From IMG/VR virus record IMGVR_UViG_3300043690_000007, positions 1-43,114 of that record: DNA of 43,114 bases. One strand, given 5' to 3'. The stretch's first letter is position 1, and every line of letters starts with the position of its first letter. This DNA comes from a virus. Taxonomy: Duplodnaviria; Caudoviricetes. Below the pieces are notes generated by a model that saw only the letters and a program-made list of their open reading frames with translations, was not told the DNA's origin and did no database searches. A program made the position numbers and the translations under genes. Below are positions 24,711 to 34,028 of this stretch, in pieces.

Positions 24711-25634
24711 CTAGTGCCCCCAAGCAATCCAGTAAGCGTTGACGGTCTGATTGAACGGCTGTGCCCCGCCGGTCAGCGTATCGCCCGTCAGCGTGAAACC
24801 GGTCGGGGCGAGGTTCTGGACCGTGGCCGAAGGGAAGTAGCCGGTGCCACTGTTCGCCGCGCGCGTGGCGCTGGCGACGGCCCCGAAGCAACTGCCCGCG
24901 TAGGTCTGGGGGAAGGTAACAGCGACGTTCGACACCGAGCCGCCCGAGGCGGGCAGGACAGCCATGCCCCACTTGAAGATCAGCCCGCCGGTCATCGGCT
25001 GGTTGCCGTTGCCGCCCAGCCCACCGAACACCTGCCCGGTGGTGAAATCCGCGATGGCCGCCGCGCCAAGGTTGGTCAGCGACTGCGCCGTACTGGTCAC
25101 GTCCGACAAGTTGTTCGAGGCGATCAGGTAGCCCGAGGCCGGGTTGGAGTTGAGCAGGGTCCAGCCATTCAGCGCCGGGCTGTAGGTCGCGAACACGATC
25201 TGGTTCGGGGCCAGCGAGGTGGTCGGGATGTAGATCGGCGTGTTGTAGAGGATCACCGCCCCCAGCGTGCCGATCTGGATGCGGATGTTGGGCGCTCCCG
25301 TCACCGTGCCGGGGCACTGGAAGCAAATCGTGAGCCCCAGCGCGTAGGCTGACACCGTGGGGCCGGACGTGCTGGGCGTGAACGTGATGATGTTGGCCGA
25401 GCCGCCCGTGCCCTGGGTCGCCGTACCCGAAATGATCAGCTGGTTGGCCAGCCCAAGGTTGGTCAGGGCACCTGGCGCGTTGGTCGCGCCGGTACCGCCC
25501 AAGGAAATGGGCAGCGGCGTCGTCGGGATCACCAGGGCGTTCACATAGTTCACGATGGCGTTGAAATCCGCCATCACCTGCGAAGCGTCGGCGGTCGTGC
25601 CGTTGGTCAGATTATAGGGCAGGGTTAGTGACAT
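24711..25634 (-). CDS. Tail fibre/spike protein
   Basis: NGTTADASQVMADFN N-terminal anchor; GGTGAT..LTNLGL; NNLSDV; C-terminal GGLIFKWG..VTFPQTY..WIAWGH. Confidence 0.85.
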   Translation of the reverse strand: MSLTLPYNLTNGTTADASQVMADFNAIVNYVNALVIPTTPLPISLGGTGATNAPGALTNLGLANQLIISGTATQGTGGSANIITFTPSTSGPTVSAYALGLTICFQCPGTVTGAPNIRIQIGTLGAVILYNTPIYIPTTSLAPNQIVFATYSPALNGWTLLNSNPASGYLIASNNLSDVTSTAQSLTNLGAAAIADFTTGQVFGGLGGNGNQPMTGGLIFKWGMAVLPASGGSVSNVAVTFPQTYAGSCFGAVASATRAANSGTGYFPSATVQNLAPTGFTLTGDTLTGGAQPFNQTVNAYWIAWGH

Positions 25635-25635
25635 A

Positions 25636-26277
25636 TTAATTTACCCCCGAGCGGCTTTGCTGCTGGTAGCCCTGGATTTGGAAGTTGAGGTAAAGCGTGC
25701 CGATGCGGAGCCCGACCGCGCACACCCCGGTGGCCGAGAAACTGGCCTGCTTGAACACAAGCGGCTGGGTCCAGGCCAGCTGGTAGGGCGCGATGTCCTG
25801 CAGCGTGCCCGCCCACGGTGCTTGGCCCCAGGTGAACTGGCCCCAGATGGTCGGCGTGCCGGTCGGCTGGACCGTCAGCGTCTGGATCGGGTTGTCGTTG
25901 GTGTCCTCCGCAACCACGGTGACCACCGGCTGGGCCCCGATAAAGGCGAAGTCGAGGTTCGCCTCGATGATCAGGTTCTCGCGCAGCTGCTGATTGTCGG
26001 GCAGCAACACCGTTTCCCAGTCGAACTGCATCGGCTGGTTGGCTTCGGTGTAGAGCGAATAGGGCGTCGGGAACGGGTCCGACTGCCAGATGCCAGAGCT
26101 GCTGAACGAAAGCGTCGAGGCCCACGCCCACACCTCCAGGCCCACTTGCGTGGCCTTCATGGTGGTGGTCGAGGTCGAGCTGCCCCAGACTTCGAGCCCG
26201 GTCTGGGTGACCATCAGCTTTGATGGCGCATCACCCCAGACCTCAAGCCCGACCTGTGAGACGTTCGCGGTCGTCAT
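25636..26277 (-). CDS. Chimeric protein: 3x QxGLEVW repeat fused to probable C-terminal part of tail/stabilisation protein
   Basis: Three Q(V/T)GLEVW repeats then GIWQSD..WGQFTWGQAPW..LNFQIQGY. Confidence 0.7.
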   Translation of the reverse strand: MTTANVSQVGLEVWGDAPSKLMVTQTGLEVWGSSTSTTTMKATQVGLEVWAWASTLSFSSSGIWQSDPFPTPYSLYTEANQPMQFDWETVLLPDNQQLRENLIIEANLDFAFIGAQPVVTVVAEDTNDNPIQTLTVQPTGTPTIWGQFTWGQAPWAGTLQDIAPYQLAWTQPLVFKQASFSATGVCAVGLRIGTLYLNFQIQGYQQQSRSGVN

Positions 26278-27780
26278 TTATGCAGCGCACTTCGGCCCAA
26301 GCAGGGCCGCGTTGAGCCCGCCGGGGGTCCACACCGCCGCCGTGTTCGGGTCGGTGTCCTGCTGGGCGACGATGTTGCCCGGCGTCGTCGGCAGCGGGGT
26401 TGCCGCGCTGTCCACCTCAACCGCCGATGATTTGACCGCCAGCGAGCCCGACCGGGCGTTGCTGTCCGACTTATACATAAAGCCGCGCACCTGCACCCCG
26501 AGGATGGCGGTCGGGGTGACCGGCAACGGCGTCAGCGTGTAGAGGTCGGTCTGGCCGATGGTCGAGGACTGCACGGTCGATACCGCGCCGTCCTGGGCGA
26601 GATCGGAGACGTTGGTGTAGTTCGCCGTCGTGTAAACCAGCTGATAGAAAAACTGGCTGATCGACGAACTGGTCATCGTCGGGGCCGGGGTCGGCCACGA
26701 GCCGAAGGTCTGAGCCACCGTGTAGGTGGACGCACTTGCGCCCGGCCCCATCAGGTTCATGCCCGCGTTGCCCTCGACCACAATATAGTATTGCACCGCC
26801 GTCGAGACGGTCGGCGGTGACGAGAAGGTGAAGGTGACAGAGCCGGTGGCCGGGTTGACCACGGTGTTGGTCGTGCCGATCAGGTTGCCCGGCTGGCCCG
26901 CCGCGCCGGTATTGTCGTAGATCGACAGCGCGCACGAGCCGGTCATGTTCGCGCCGAAATTCAGCTTGAGGCTGGCCAGGGTGCCATTGAAGTTGGCCAA
27001 GCCGATCAGCTGGGCATACATCGTGTTGGCGCTATAGGCATTGCCGCCAGAGGCCGTGCCGTAGGTCTGGACCGGCGAGCCCACCGCCGTGAACTGGGTT
27101 TGGCTGGGCCCGTTGGGGCTCATCCAGAACGTCCGCACGTCGTTCGGCAGGAAGTCGGACGGGCCGTTGCCGACCGTCGAGTTGTAGAGCCAAAGGTCTT
27201 GCCACTTCCAGCCGTAGGACATGCCCGCGCCGCTGCCGACGCCAACGATATGCTGGTTGACATAGTTGTTCGACGAGCCGCCACGGGTATTGATGTTGGT
27301 GATAGAGAAGGTGTCGGAAGTCGCGCCGTTCTTGCGGATGTGGACCTCGCCCGCCGTGTTGTGGACCACCACCTTGATGTTCCAGCCGTTCCACTGCTGC
27401 TGGCTGAAGCCCGACGCCCACGATTGCTGCAAGGTGCCGCCGGTCGTGCCCGAATAGACCTTGATCGAGCCGTCACTGTGCGAAAAGAAGATCGTGAACT
27501 GGGTGCTGGCTCCGTCCAGGCCCTGCCAAATCCAGTCGCCAGTCAGCGTGCCAAACGTCTGGGTCATGATGTTGGCGGCGAACAGGAACACTGTTCCATC
27601 ATTGGTGCTGCTCGCCGCCTGCATGGTCGCGGGCGACGACAGGATCGAGAAGCACTGGTTGTCGGTCGAATACCGGCCACCGGGCTGCAGCGCGCAGTTG
27701 CTCACGACCGACCACATATTCTGGGCAGCGTCGGCAATCGCGCCGTAGGGCTTACCGCTGTCTCGAATGATGGTGGACAT
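26278..27780 (-). CDS. Beta-rich putative virion/receptor-binding protein (500 aa)
   Basis: ATG at 27780; Ser/Thr/Gly-rich; lectin-like first half; C-terminal DPNTAAVWTPGGLNAALLG. Confidence 0.75.
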   Translation of the reverse strand: MSTIIRDSGKPYGAIADAAQNMWSVVSNCALQPGGRYSTDNQCFSILSSPATMQAASSTNDGTVFLFAANIMTQTFGTLTGDWIWQGLDGASTQFTIFFSHSDGSIKVYSGTTGGTLQQSWASGFSQQQWNGWNIKVVVHNTAGEVHIRKNGATSDTFSITNINTRGGSSNNYVNQHIVGVGSGAGMSYGWKWQDLWLYNSTVGNGPSDFLPNDVRTFWMSPNGPSQTQFTAVGSPVQTYGTASGGNAYSANTMYAQLIGLANFNGTLASLKLNFGANMTGSCALSIYDNTGAAGQPGNLIGTTNTVVNPATGSVTFTFSSPPTVSTAVQYYIVVEGNAGMNLMGPGASASTYTVAQTFGSWPTPAPTMTSSSISQFFYQLVYTTANYTNVSDLAQDGAVSTVQSSTIGQTDLYTLTPLPVTPTAILGVQVRGFMYKSDSNARSGSLAVKSSAVEVDSAATPLPTTPGNIVAQQDTDPNTAAVWTPGGLNAALLGPKCAA

Positions 27781-27784
27781 AGGT

Positions 27785-28966
27785 TCAGACCCCCGGAATG
27801 AGCGAGTTGAAGACGATGAAGGTGTTCCGCCAGGGCAGGATGTACGCGACGGGGAATGAGTGCGGGCCGGTCCAGATTTTGAGCGTGTAGTCGTACCAAT
27901 ACTCGACGGGGCCCGGCGTCGGCGCGAGCCCGTTCTGGACGCTGATCCGCAGCATGTTGTTGTTGTACGCAGCGACCATCCGGGTGGGCGCGACAGCGTT
28001 GAAGAACGGCACGGTGACGCCATTGCCGTTGGCCCCAATCGGGTCCGAGACGCGGCCCATGAAGTCGATCATGCGAACGCCGTCCGGCGCGACGAACACC
28101 AGCCCCTCATTGGTCGAACAGATGGTGTTCGGGGCCTTGGTCCCGGTCGCCACGTTCATGGAGTTGACGGCCCACGTCTGAAGCGCGTAGTCGCCGGTCA
28201 CCTGATACATGATGTTGGCGGACTTGAAGACGATCAGCGACTGGATGATGCCGCCAAGCTGGTTCTGCAGCGGCAGGCCCGCCATCGCGGTAACCGAGGT
28301 GCGGTCACCGAAGGTCAGCACCTGCAGCACGCCGGGCACCGCCGTATTGCTCACCTGCAGCGGCAGCTGGACATCGGACGCGACTACGGAATTGCCGCAG
28401 GCGTAATAGATGCGGCCACCGAATTGGCACACCGACACCGGCACGGAGGGCAGCGGGTAGATCGACGTGTTGCCGCTGTTCCAGATCGGGCGCGTCGGCA
28501 CGGTCACATCGAACCAGCCGAAATAGCCGTTGTAGGTGTTGAACCCCGGATGGCTGACAATGATCTTGCTATCAACCGCGTCCATGTTGGCGGGCGTCCA
28601 ATCACCCGCCGTGGGCTGCGTGGTCGGCACGTTCTGCGCCGTGATGCCGTACACCTTGATTGGCTGCTGGGTCGCAAGGTTGAACGCAAACGGCTGATCG
28701 CAGCCCGCGTTCAACGAGGAGCCGATCAGCCCATAGAGAATGTCGCTCTGAATGAAGGCGCAGCTGACCAAGCCGGGGTTGGGGATGTTGCCGAGCGGCG
28801 AGAGCTGCACCGCCGCCGGACGCGGCACAAAGACGCCCTCAGTCGAGGGATCGGCCACCAGATTGGACAGCGCCGTCATCGCGCCGGGGAAGGCGGTCGA
28901 GCCATCGACCGCATCGCTTAGGCCTTTAGGTACCCAGCGTTTTGGCTCTGCGTTTCTGAGGGGCAT
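27785..28966 (-). CDS. Tail tube/DNA stabilisation protein (P22 gp10-like), N-terminal part
   Basis: Position after adaptor; beta-propeller-like blades (GRIYYA, LIVFK, GLVFVAPDG, YWYDY..WTGP). Confidence 0.7.
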   Translation of the reverse strand: MPLRNAEPKRWVPKGLSDAVDGSTAFPGAMTALSNLVADPSTEGVFVPRPAAVQLSPLGNIPNPGLVSCAFIQSDILYGLIGSSLNAGCDQPFAFNLATQQPIKVYGITAQNVPTTQPTAGDWTPANMDAVDSKIIVSHPGFNTYNGYFGWFDVTVPTRPIWNSGNTSIYPLPSVPVSVCQFGGRIYYACGNSVVASDVQLPLQVSNTAVPGVLQVLTFGDRTSVTAMAGLPLQNQLGGIIQSLIVFKSANIMYQVTGDYALQTWAVNSMNVATGTKAPNTICSTNEGLVFVAPDGVRMIDFMGRVSDPIGANGNGVTVPFFNAVAPTRMVAAYNNNMLRISVQNGLAPTPGPVEYWYDYTLKIWTGPHSFPVAYILPWRNTFIVFNSLIPGV

Positions 28967-28978
28967 GGGGCTTCCTCA

Positions 28979-29716
28979 TCAGCTCGTGAAGAAGCCGACC
29001 GCCTTGGTGTCGGGCAGCTTGCTGCCGCGACCGAACCGCCGCGCGTCGAGATTGACGGTCTTCGCCCGGCCCTCATCGTCCTGGGCCTGCATCTGCATGT
29101 AGGTGCGGAGCATGGCCCCAGCGCCCATCGAGCCCGGCGCGTCGGTCAGGAACTCCTCTGCGCGGGTGTCGTCAGTGATCGCCATGATCTCGCCCGACAG
29201 CCGCCGCAGCAGATAGCCTTGATGCGGAAACCACGGGATGACGGACGAAGTCTCGGGCGTGACGATGTCGGGCTGCGACTTCACGTAGCGCACCGTCATG
29301 GCGTAGGTGCCGTTCGGCGGTTGCCAAACATACATCAGCGGGTTCGATGCCGGGTTCTGCGCCAGCGGCGAGGTGTCGGTCCAGAACGCCTCTGGGAAGT
29401 TCGACAACCCGGCGGTGGTCACCAGCGCGTCGAACTCGGCCTGCTCGTAGGGCGTCAGGAAGTACGGCACCCCGTCGATGGTGTAGAACACGCCATCGCG
29501 GGTGTGCCGCAGATACGTCAAGGGCAGTTGGTACGGGCCTGATCCGTTGCCGGGGGTCAGGTTGAAGTTGAACGTCCCACGGGTCAGGTCCATGTCCTGG
29601 CTGATCGTCAGCTCAGACAGGATGCTGTTCAGCAGCTGGCCCGCCTGCACGATGAAACCCGGCGCGTGCGCCGTCTGGCACGCAAGGGTGACTATCTGCG
29701 AGGCGGTCAGCGGCAT
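28979..29716 (-). CDS. Head-tail adaptor protein
   Basis: LTASQIVTLA..LLNSIL, YQLP..Y, YVWQPP..YAMTVRY; position after capsid genes. Confidence 0.75.
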   Translation of the reverse strand: MPLTASQIVTLACQTAHAPGFIVQAGQLLNSILSELTISQDMDLTRGTFNFNLTPGNGSGPYQLPLTYLRHTRDGVFYTIDGVPYFLTPYEQAEFDALVTTAGLSNFPEAFWTDTSPLAQNPASNPLMYVWQPPNGTYAMTVRYVKSQPDIVTPETSSVIPWFPHQGYLLRRLSGEIMAITDDTRAEEFLTDAPGSMGAGAMLRTYMQMQAQDDEGRAKTVNLDARRFGRGSKLPDTKAVGFFTS

Positions 29717-29718
29717 CG

Positions 29719-30333
29719 TTACTCCGTTTTGTTGATCAGCGCCGACAGGCGGTCGATCTCGGACTGGAACCAGTTCGACTGCAGCTCGATGGCGCGTAGC
29801 GCGTCAGCATGGCCCTTCAGGGCCTGCTCCCGCTCGTCGGCGTCCTTCGCCTCTTGGTCGATGTCGTGCTGGATTTCACGCTGCAGCGCCTGCACCAGCT
29901 GGGTGGCGTTGCGGCTCATCTGGTAGTCGCCACGGCGCTTCTCGTTGGTCGTGAACGCCGCTTCGTCGGCCAGATGGATTTCACCGATGCGGGCGTTCGC
30001 CTGCTCGATCCGCTGCTTGCGCTTGCGGGCGATCTCCTTGAAGTCCTGCTCCGCGACCGCCATGCGGTGGATGGTCGTCTCGCGCTCGCGGTCCTGCAGG
30101 GTCAGGTTGTGGACCGCCTCATCGCGCTGGGCGATGTACTTCTGGCGCATCCCCGCCGCGCGCAGCTTGTCCAGCTGGGCGTTCAACTGGGCCAGCGTCG
30201 AGTTGCCAGGATTGACCACCTGGAACTCCATCTGCTGGCCTTGGCCGAGCGTGAACGCCATGGTCGTGCCGACCGGGCTATCCGCTTCCGCCGGGGCTTC
30301 CGTGCTGACAGATTTCAATTGTGCCTGTGCCAT
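29719..30333 (-). CDS. Hypothetical coiled-coil protein
   Basis: 204 aa helical; tight operon packing. Confidence 0.7.
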   Translation of the reverse strand: MAQAQLKSVSTEAPAEADSPVGTTMAFTLGQGQQMEFQVVNPGNSTLAQLNAQLDKLRAAGMRQKYIAQRDEAVHNLTLQDRERETTIHRMAVAEQDFKEIARKRKQRIEQANARIGEIHLADEAAFTTNEKRRGDYQMSRNATQLVQALQREIQHDIDQEAKDADEREQALKGHADALRAIELQSNWFQSEIDRLSALINKTE

Positions 30334-30338
30334 TGTCT

Positions 30339-30977
30339 TTAGTGCCGTAGGTTGGTTGAAGTGTTGAGCCGCATTGGGGCGTTCGACACCCGGCCATGCC
30401 GGATGTGCGTATCGCGCTCACGACGATTGGGCTCATTCAGCTCGCCGTGGATTTCGTCCTCATGCCGCCACGCCCACTGCATCTGGTCGATCAGCGCCAC
30501 GTACTCGGCAGGCGTCACCTCATAACGGTGGCCTACAATGAACCGGCGGTTGTCCAGGCGGATTTCGTCCGCGAACTTCGGCAGGCCGATGGTGATGGCG
30601 ATGCGGCGACGATCCGGGGCCGGGCCATGCTTGGGCGCAAGGCCCTCCCCGGCGCGGGCGGTGTTCTCGAAATGCTCCATGAGGGCCAGCTTGGCTTCGG
30701 CCTTCTTGTCGGCCTGGACCTTGTCCTTGGCCGCTTGGCGCAGCTGCTCAAGCTCCTCGTCGGTGAACATGCCCTTGGCAACGCTATCGACGATCTCAGC
30801 CTCATCGTCGGACAGGCGGGTGCCATCGTCCGTCACGTCGGGAACGCTGCCAACGCGCTCGGTGCGCGGCTGGTAGCCCTCATCCACGGCTTCAGCCGGT
30901 GCCGTGTCTAGCAACGGGGCTTCTTCGACGGTTTCAGGCCGGGAGCCCTTGGGGCCCCCGGTGTGCTTCTCAGACAT
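30339..30977 (-). CDS. Hypothetical protein
   Basis: AAAGG RBS, 212 aa, acidic N-terminus. Confidence 0.7.
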   Translation of the reverse strand: MSEKHTGGPKGSRPETVEEAPLLDTAPAEAVDEGYQPRTERVGSVPDVTDDGTRLSDDEAEIVDSVAKGMFTDEELEQLRQAAKDKVQADKKAEAKLALMEHFENTARAGEGLAPKHGPAPDRRRIAITIGLPKFADEIRLDNRRFIVGHRYEVTPAEYVALIDQMQWAWRHEDEIHGELNEPNRRERDTHIRHGRVSNAPMRLNTSTNLRH

Positions 30978-30995
30978 ACTGTGCCTTTCGAGAGG

Positions 30996-31295
30996 TTAGG
31001 AGTGCGACCAACCCGCACCGGCAGCGGCTCGCGCCGACACCAGAACCGGCCAGCCCGTGGCGCTGTCGTATCCGACGTAGTCGCCCGGCAGCACCTTCAG
31101 CACGCCCCTGTTCGGGACGTACAGAAGGCCCATGCGGGAGAACGAGCCGGGCGCAATCGGATGGACGGCGTTGATGTCGTCCTTGATCGCGTTGCAGATC
31201 GTTGCGATGTCCGCATCGGACAGGTTTGTGCCCGACGAGAACGAGACGGCGGTGAGCGTGTTGGTCGCCGCCGTGCCGAGCGTCTTGGTGGCCAT
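30996..31295 (-). CDS. Putative small virion protein
   Basis: TAATG coupling; downstream of capsid gene. Confidence 0.7.
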   Translation of the reverse strand: MATKTLGTAATNTLTAVSFSSGTNLSDADIATICNAIKDDINAVHPIAPGSFSRMGLLYVPNRGVLKVLPGDYVGYDSATGWPVLVSARAAAGAGWSHS

Positions 31296-31555
31296 TAGTT
31301 ACCGCCGCTGGCCCAGCCCTGAATCTGCGCGATCTGGGCCTGGAGGTAGGTCGAGGCCAGCGCCGCCGCAGCGGTAACCGCCGTGTTGACGTTGGATGTG
31401 GACGGGGCATTGAGGCCCGGCACCAGCACGAAGGAACCGGCGTTGGCGTAGGCATCGCCAACCACGGCTTCCAGGGCCTGGGTTTCCGGCACGGTCATCG
31501 CGCCCGCGCCATCGGGGGCCCACTGAATTTTGGCGGTCAAGCTCACAAGGTACAT
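31295..31555 (-). CDS. Putative small virion/decoration protein
   Basis: GGAG RBS; Ala-rich 86 aa after capsid gene. Confidence 0.7.
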   Translation of the reverse strand: MYLVSLTAKIQWAPDGAGAMTVPETQALEAVVGDAYANAGSFVLVPGLNAPSTSNVNTAVTAAAALASTYLQAQIAQIQGWASGGN

Positions 31556-31584
31556 TTCAAACTCCGTGTTCGAGGGCAGCAGGA

Positions 31585-31609
31585 AGGGGGTCGGTTTGGC
31601 CGACCCCCT
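31585..31609 (-). terminator. Hairpin downstream of major capsid gene
   Basis: AGGGGGTCGG-TTTGG-CCGACCCCCT perfect 10-bp stem; no U-tract, so attenuator or stabiliser. Confidence 0.6.
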
Positions 31610-31614
31610 CGCTA

Positions 31615-32973
31615 TTAGCCGTAGGTGGCAGAGAAGGCCGAGGCGCTCTCGATGCGGGCCATGAACTTCACGTTCTCCAACAGGGTGCCCCAGAACATCG
31701 TCCAGCTGACGACGCGGAGCTGATTGTTGGGGTCGGATTTGTCCGCCTTATCAAGGTACTGCATCTTCAGGCCGTCGAGTTCGACCTGGGTGTAGGCGTC
31801 CTCACCGAACACGAAGGTCGGGTAGACCGTGATGCCCGAGGTGTTGCCGGGGTACGCCGGGGGCGTACGGGCCGCGCCGAGGGCCGTGATGACCACCGCC
31901 GTGTTGGCGGGCAGCTGGGTCGCCTGACCGGCGAGCGGGCCCGAGGTCGGACCAGAGGCCGACAGGCCGAGGTTCGACGGCATGGTCGAGGAGGTGCCGA
32001 CGTAGACGCTGTAGGTGTAGCCCGGCACGTTCGGCGTGGTGACCGAGATCGAGCCGTTCGGGCCGGTGACCGAAATCGCCGCCGAGATCGAGTAAATCTG
32101 GCTCTCGAACTGGTTCTGGGTGTCGGTGCCGGTGACCACGATGTAGTAGTTGGTCGGCGCACCGGCCAGCGAGCCCGAGGTGCCCGCCGTGCCCGAGGAC
32201 TGCGACTGGCCGGTCCACGACGGAACCATGTTCGATTCGCAGAAGCGGATCGAGCGCCACTCACCGATTTCGTAGTTATACAGGCGATTGATGTCGCTGT
32301 AGGTCCAGGCGTTCACGACCGTGGCGTTTTCGGAGAAATCGCCGGTCACGTTCGGGTGGACAATCGCCACGTAGTGCGGACGGCCACGCGGCGAGCTGGA
32401 GGCGTTCGCGCCGCCCTTGCCTGCGTCGATCTTGGTGTCATCCTCCGAGGGGCCACCGAACATCGGCGCACCGTTGGTCCGCAGGGCGGTCGCGGTGCGG
32501 TTGACAGTGTGCGGGTCGAGAACGTCACCAGCGGTCAGTGAGCCGCGAGCGCCGCGCGAGTTCACGTAGTTGACGTTGGGCGAGCCCATCAGGGCGAGGT
32601 AGGTGTTGCGCTCGCAGGTTTCCGCGATCTGCAGCGAGCAGAGGCGGATGGCCTGTTGGAAGGGCTTGTGGAAGATGGTCAGCTGCGCCACGTCGGTGAT
32701 ATTGACGCGGTCGCCCCACTGTTGGGCCGTCGCGCTCACCTGCGTGATCTGCATCACTTCGCCGGACGGCGGGACGCCTTCCGAGAGCGGGGCGTAGGGG
32801 AGCGGCAGGCGCTCAAACCGGGTGGCGGTGTACGTGACACCGTTGCCTTCGGGCAGGTTGGCCTTGCCCGCGAACTGGTAGGCGACCAGCTGCTTCTGGG
32901 TCAGCCGCAGGGTCTTTTTCTGGATGTACTTGAGACGATCTGCAGCGAACGTCGAAGCAGTGTTGTTTGGCAT
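31615..32973 (-). CDS. Major capsid protein (N4-gp56 family)
   Basis: PLSEGVPP, QQWGD..ITD, YVAIVHP, YEIGEWRSIRF, DKSDPNNQ..VSW motifs. Confidence 0.92.
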   Translation of the reverse strand: MPNNTASTFAADRLKYIQKKTLRLTQKQLVAYQFAGKANLPEGNGVTYTATRFERLPLPYAPLSEGVPPSGEVMQITQVSATAQQWGDRVNITDVAQLTIFHKPFQQAIRLCSLQIAETCERNTYLALMGSPNVNYVNSRGARGSLTAGDVLDPHTVNRTATALRTNGAPMFGGPSEDDTKIDAGKGGANASSSPRGRPHYVAIVHPNVTGDFSENATVVNAWTYSDINRLYNYEIGEWRSIRFCESNMVPSWTGQSQSSGTAGTSGSLAGAPTNYYIVVTGTDTQNQFESQIYSISAAISVTGPNGSISVTTPNVPGYTYSVYVGTSSTMPSNLGLSASGPTSGPLAGQATQLPANTAVVITALGAARTPPAYPGNTSGITVYPTFVFGEDAYTQVELDGLKMQYLDKADKSDPNNQLRVVSWTMFWGTLLENVKFMARIESASAFSATYG

Positions 32974-33013
32974 CTAGCCCTCCAAAAGTGTCGGAGGGGT
33001 CACCGCCGACAGG

Positions 33014-33808
33014 TTAGAACGTCACGCCCTTCAGCCGCCGCTCCAGCGACTCCAGGCTGTCATCACCGCGTTCCCCCCGCCGTGCGCCCTGGCCCTGGCC
33101 AGTGGCGTTGGTCGGACGGGTCCGCGTTCCCTCAACCCGACGCTGGGAGCTGCCCGAAGGCTTGCGCCCAGTCGCCTTGGCGATTGCCTCCCGCCCGATC
33201 AGGAACGCTAGGGCAACCTCACGGGGTACGTTTTCCCCGGCGTTGCGGCGCTCCGTGACCAACTTCTCCACGTCGTCGGCGTAACGCCGCGCCAAGGGGT
33301 TGGTCTGGGCTATGGAGGCGAAATTTCGCCGGTCCGTATCCTCTGCCGTCCGCATCTGCTGCTGCTGAAACTGGACCTGCATGTCCCGCGCCATCTGATC
33401 GCGGTAGTAGCGGCCAATCTCGGCGGGGGTCATAAGCGCAAGGCGCTCATCTTCTTCCTGCCGCAGACGCTCCAAATCCTGTTGGGTCGGGCGGGGCTGC
33501 TGGGCCTGCGCGAACTGGCGCTTCAGGTCAGCAAGCTCTTGCTCGAACCTGCTGGCACGCTGTTCAGCTTCCTGGGCTCTGCGGCGGCTTTCGCGAACCG
33601 AATTGTTGGATCGCGTATCCCGCTGCGGCTGTTGACGCGGCTCTAGTAAGCCTTCGTCTTCGGCTTCGCCTTCGTCGTCTTCGACGGGGTCGCCCTCGTC
33701 TTGGCCTTCATCGGCATCGGTGGTTTGGCCTTGCTCGCCTTCGCCATCGTCCTCGTCCATGCCAATAGTGGGGTCGAGATCGTCGTCCTCGACTTCAGTC
33801 ATGCTCAT
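33014..33808 (-). CDS. Capsid scaffolding protein
   Basis: Very acidic N-terminus, coiled coil, directly upstream of capsid gene. Confidence 0.8.
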   Translation of the reverse strand: MSMTEVEDDDLDPTIGMDEDDGEGEQGQTTDADEGQDEGDPVEDDEGEAEDEGLLEPRQQPQRDTRSNNSVRESRRRAQEAEQRASRFEQELADLKRQFAQAQQPRPTQQDLERLRQEEDERLALMTPAEIGRYYRDQMARDMQVQFQQQQMRTAEDTDRRNFASIAQTNPLARRYADDVEKLVTERRNAGENVPREVALAFLIGREAIAKATGRKPSGSSQRRVEGTRTRPTNATGQGQGARRGERGDDSLESLERRLKGVTF

Positions 33809-33880
33809 GCGTGCCCATGCTCCAGAGGGTTACGCCCCCCATGCGATGCCGCTTTTACGAAGCAGCGAAACGACAGTGAC

Positions 33881-33912
33881 AAAAAATCTCACCGAGTGAG
33901 AGAATCTGTCAA
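33881..33912 (-). promoter_or_regulatory. Possible terminator hairpin overlapping a TTGACA hexamer
   Basis: Minus strand TTGACA..TCTCAC TCG GTGAGA TTTTTT in the portal-scaffold gap. Confidence 0.35.
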
Positions 33913-34028
33913 CTACTTTCGGAGTAATCCGTCAGGATTTGACGATATTCGACGAAAAACCCCGGCAGTTGCCTGCCGGGGCCAGCTTTCAGGGAGGAAG
34001 CGCGTGGTCAGCGCGCTGCGTCATTGTG

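Noticed and set aside
21698-25634. Diversity-generating retroelement TR/VR pair
   Set aside because: No reverse transcriptase; paralog differences are not adenine-specific
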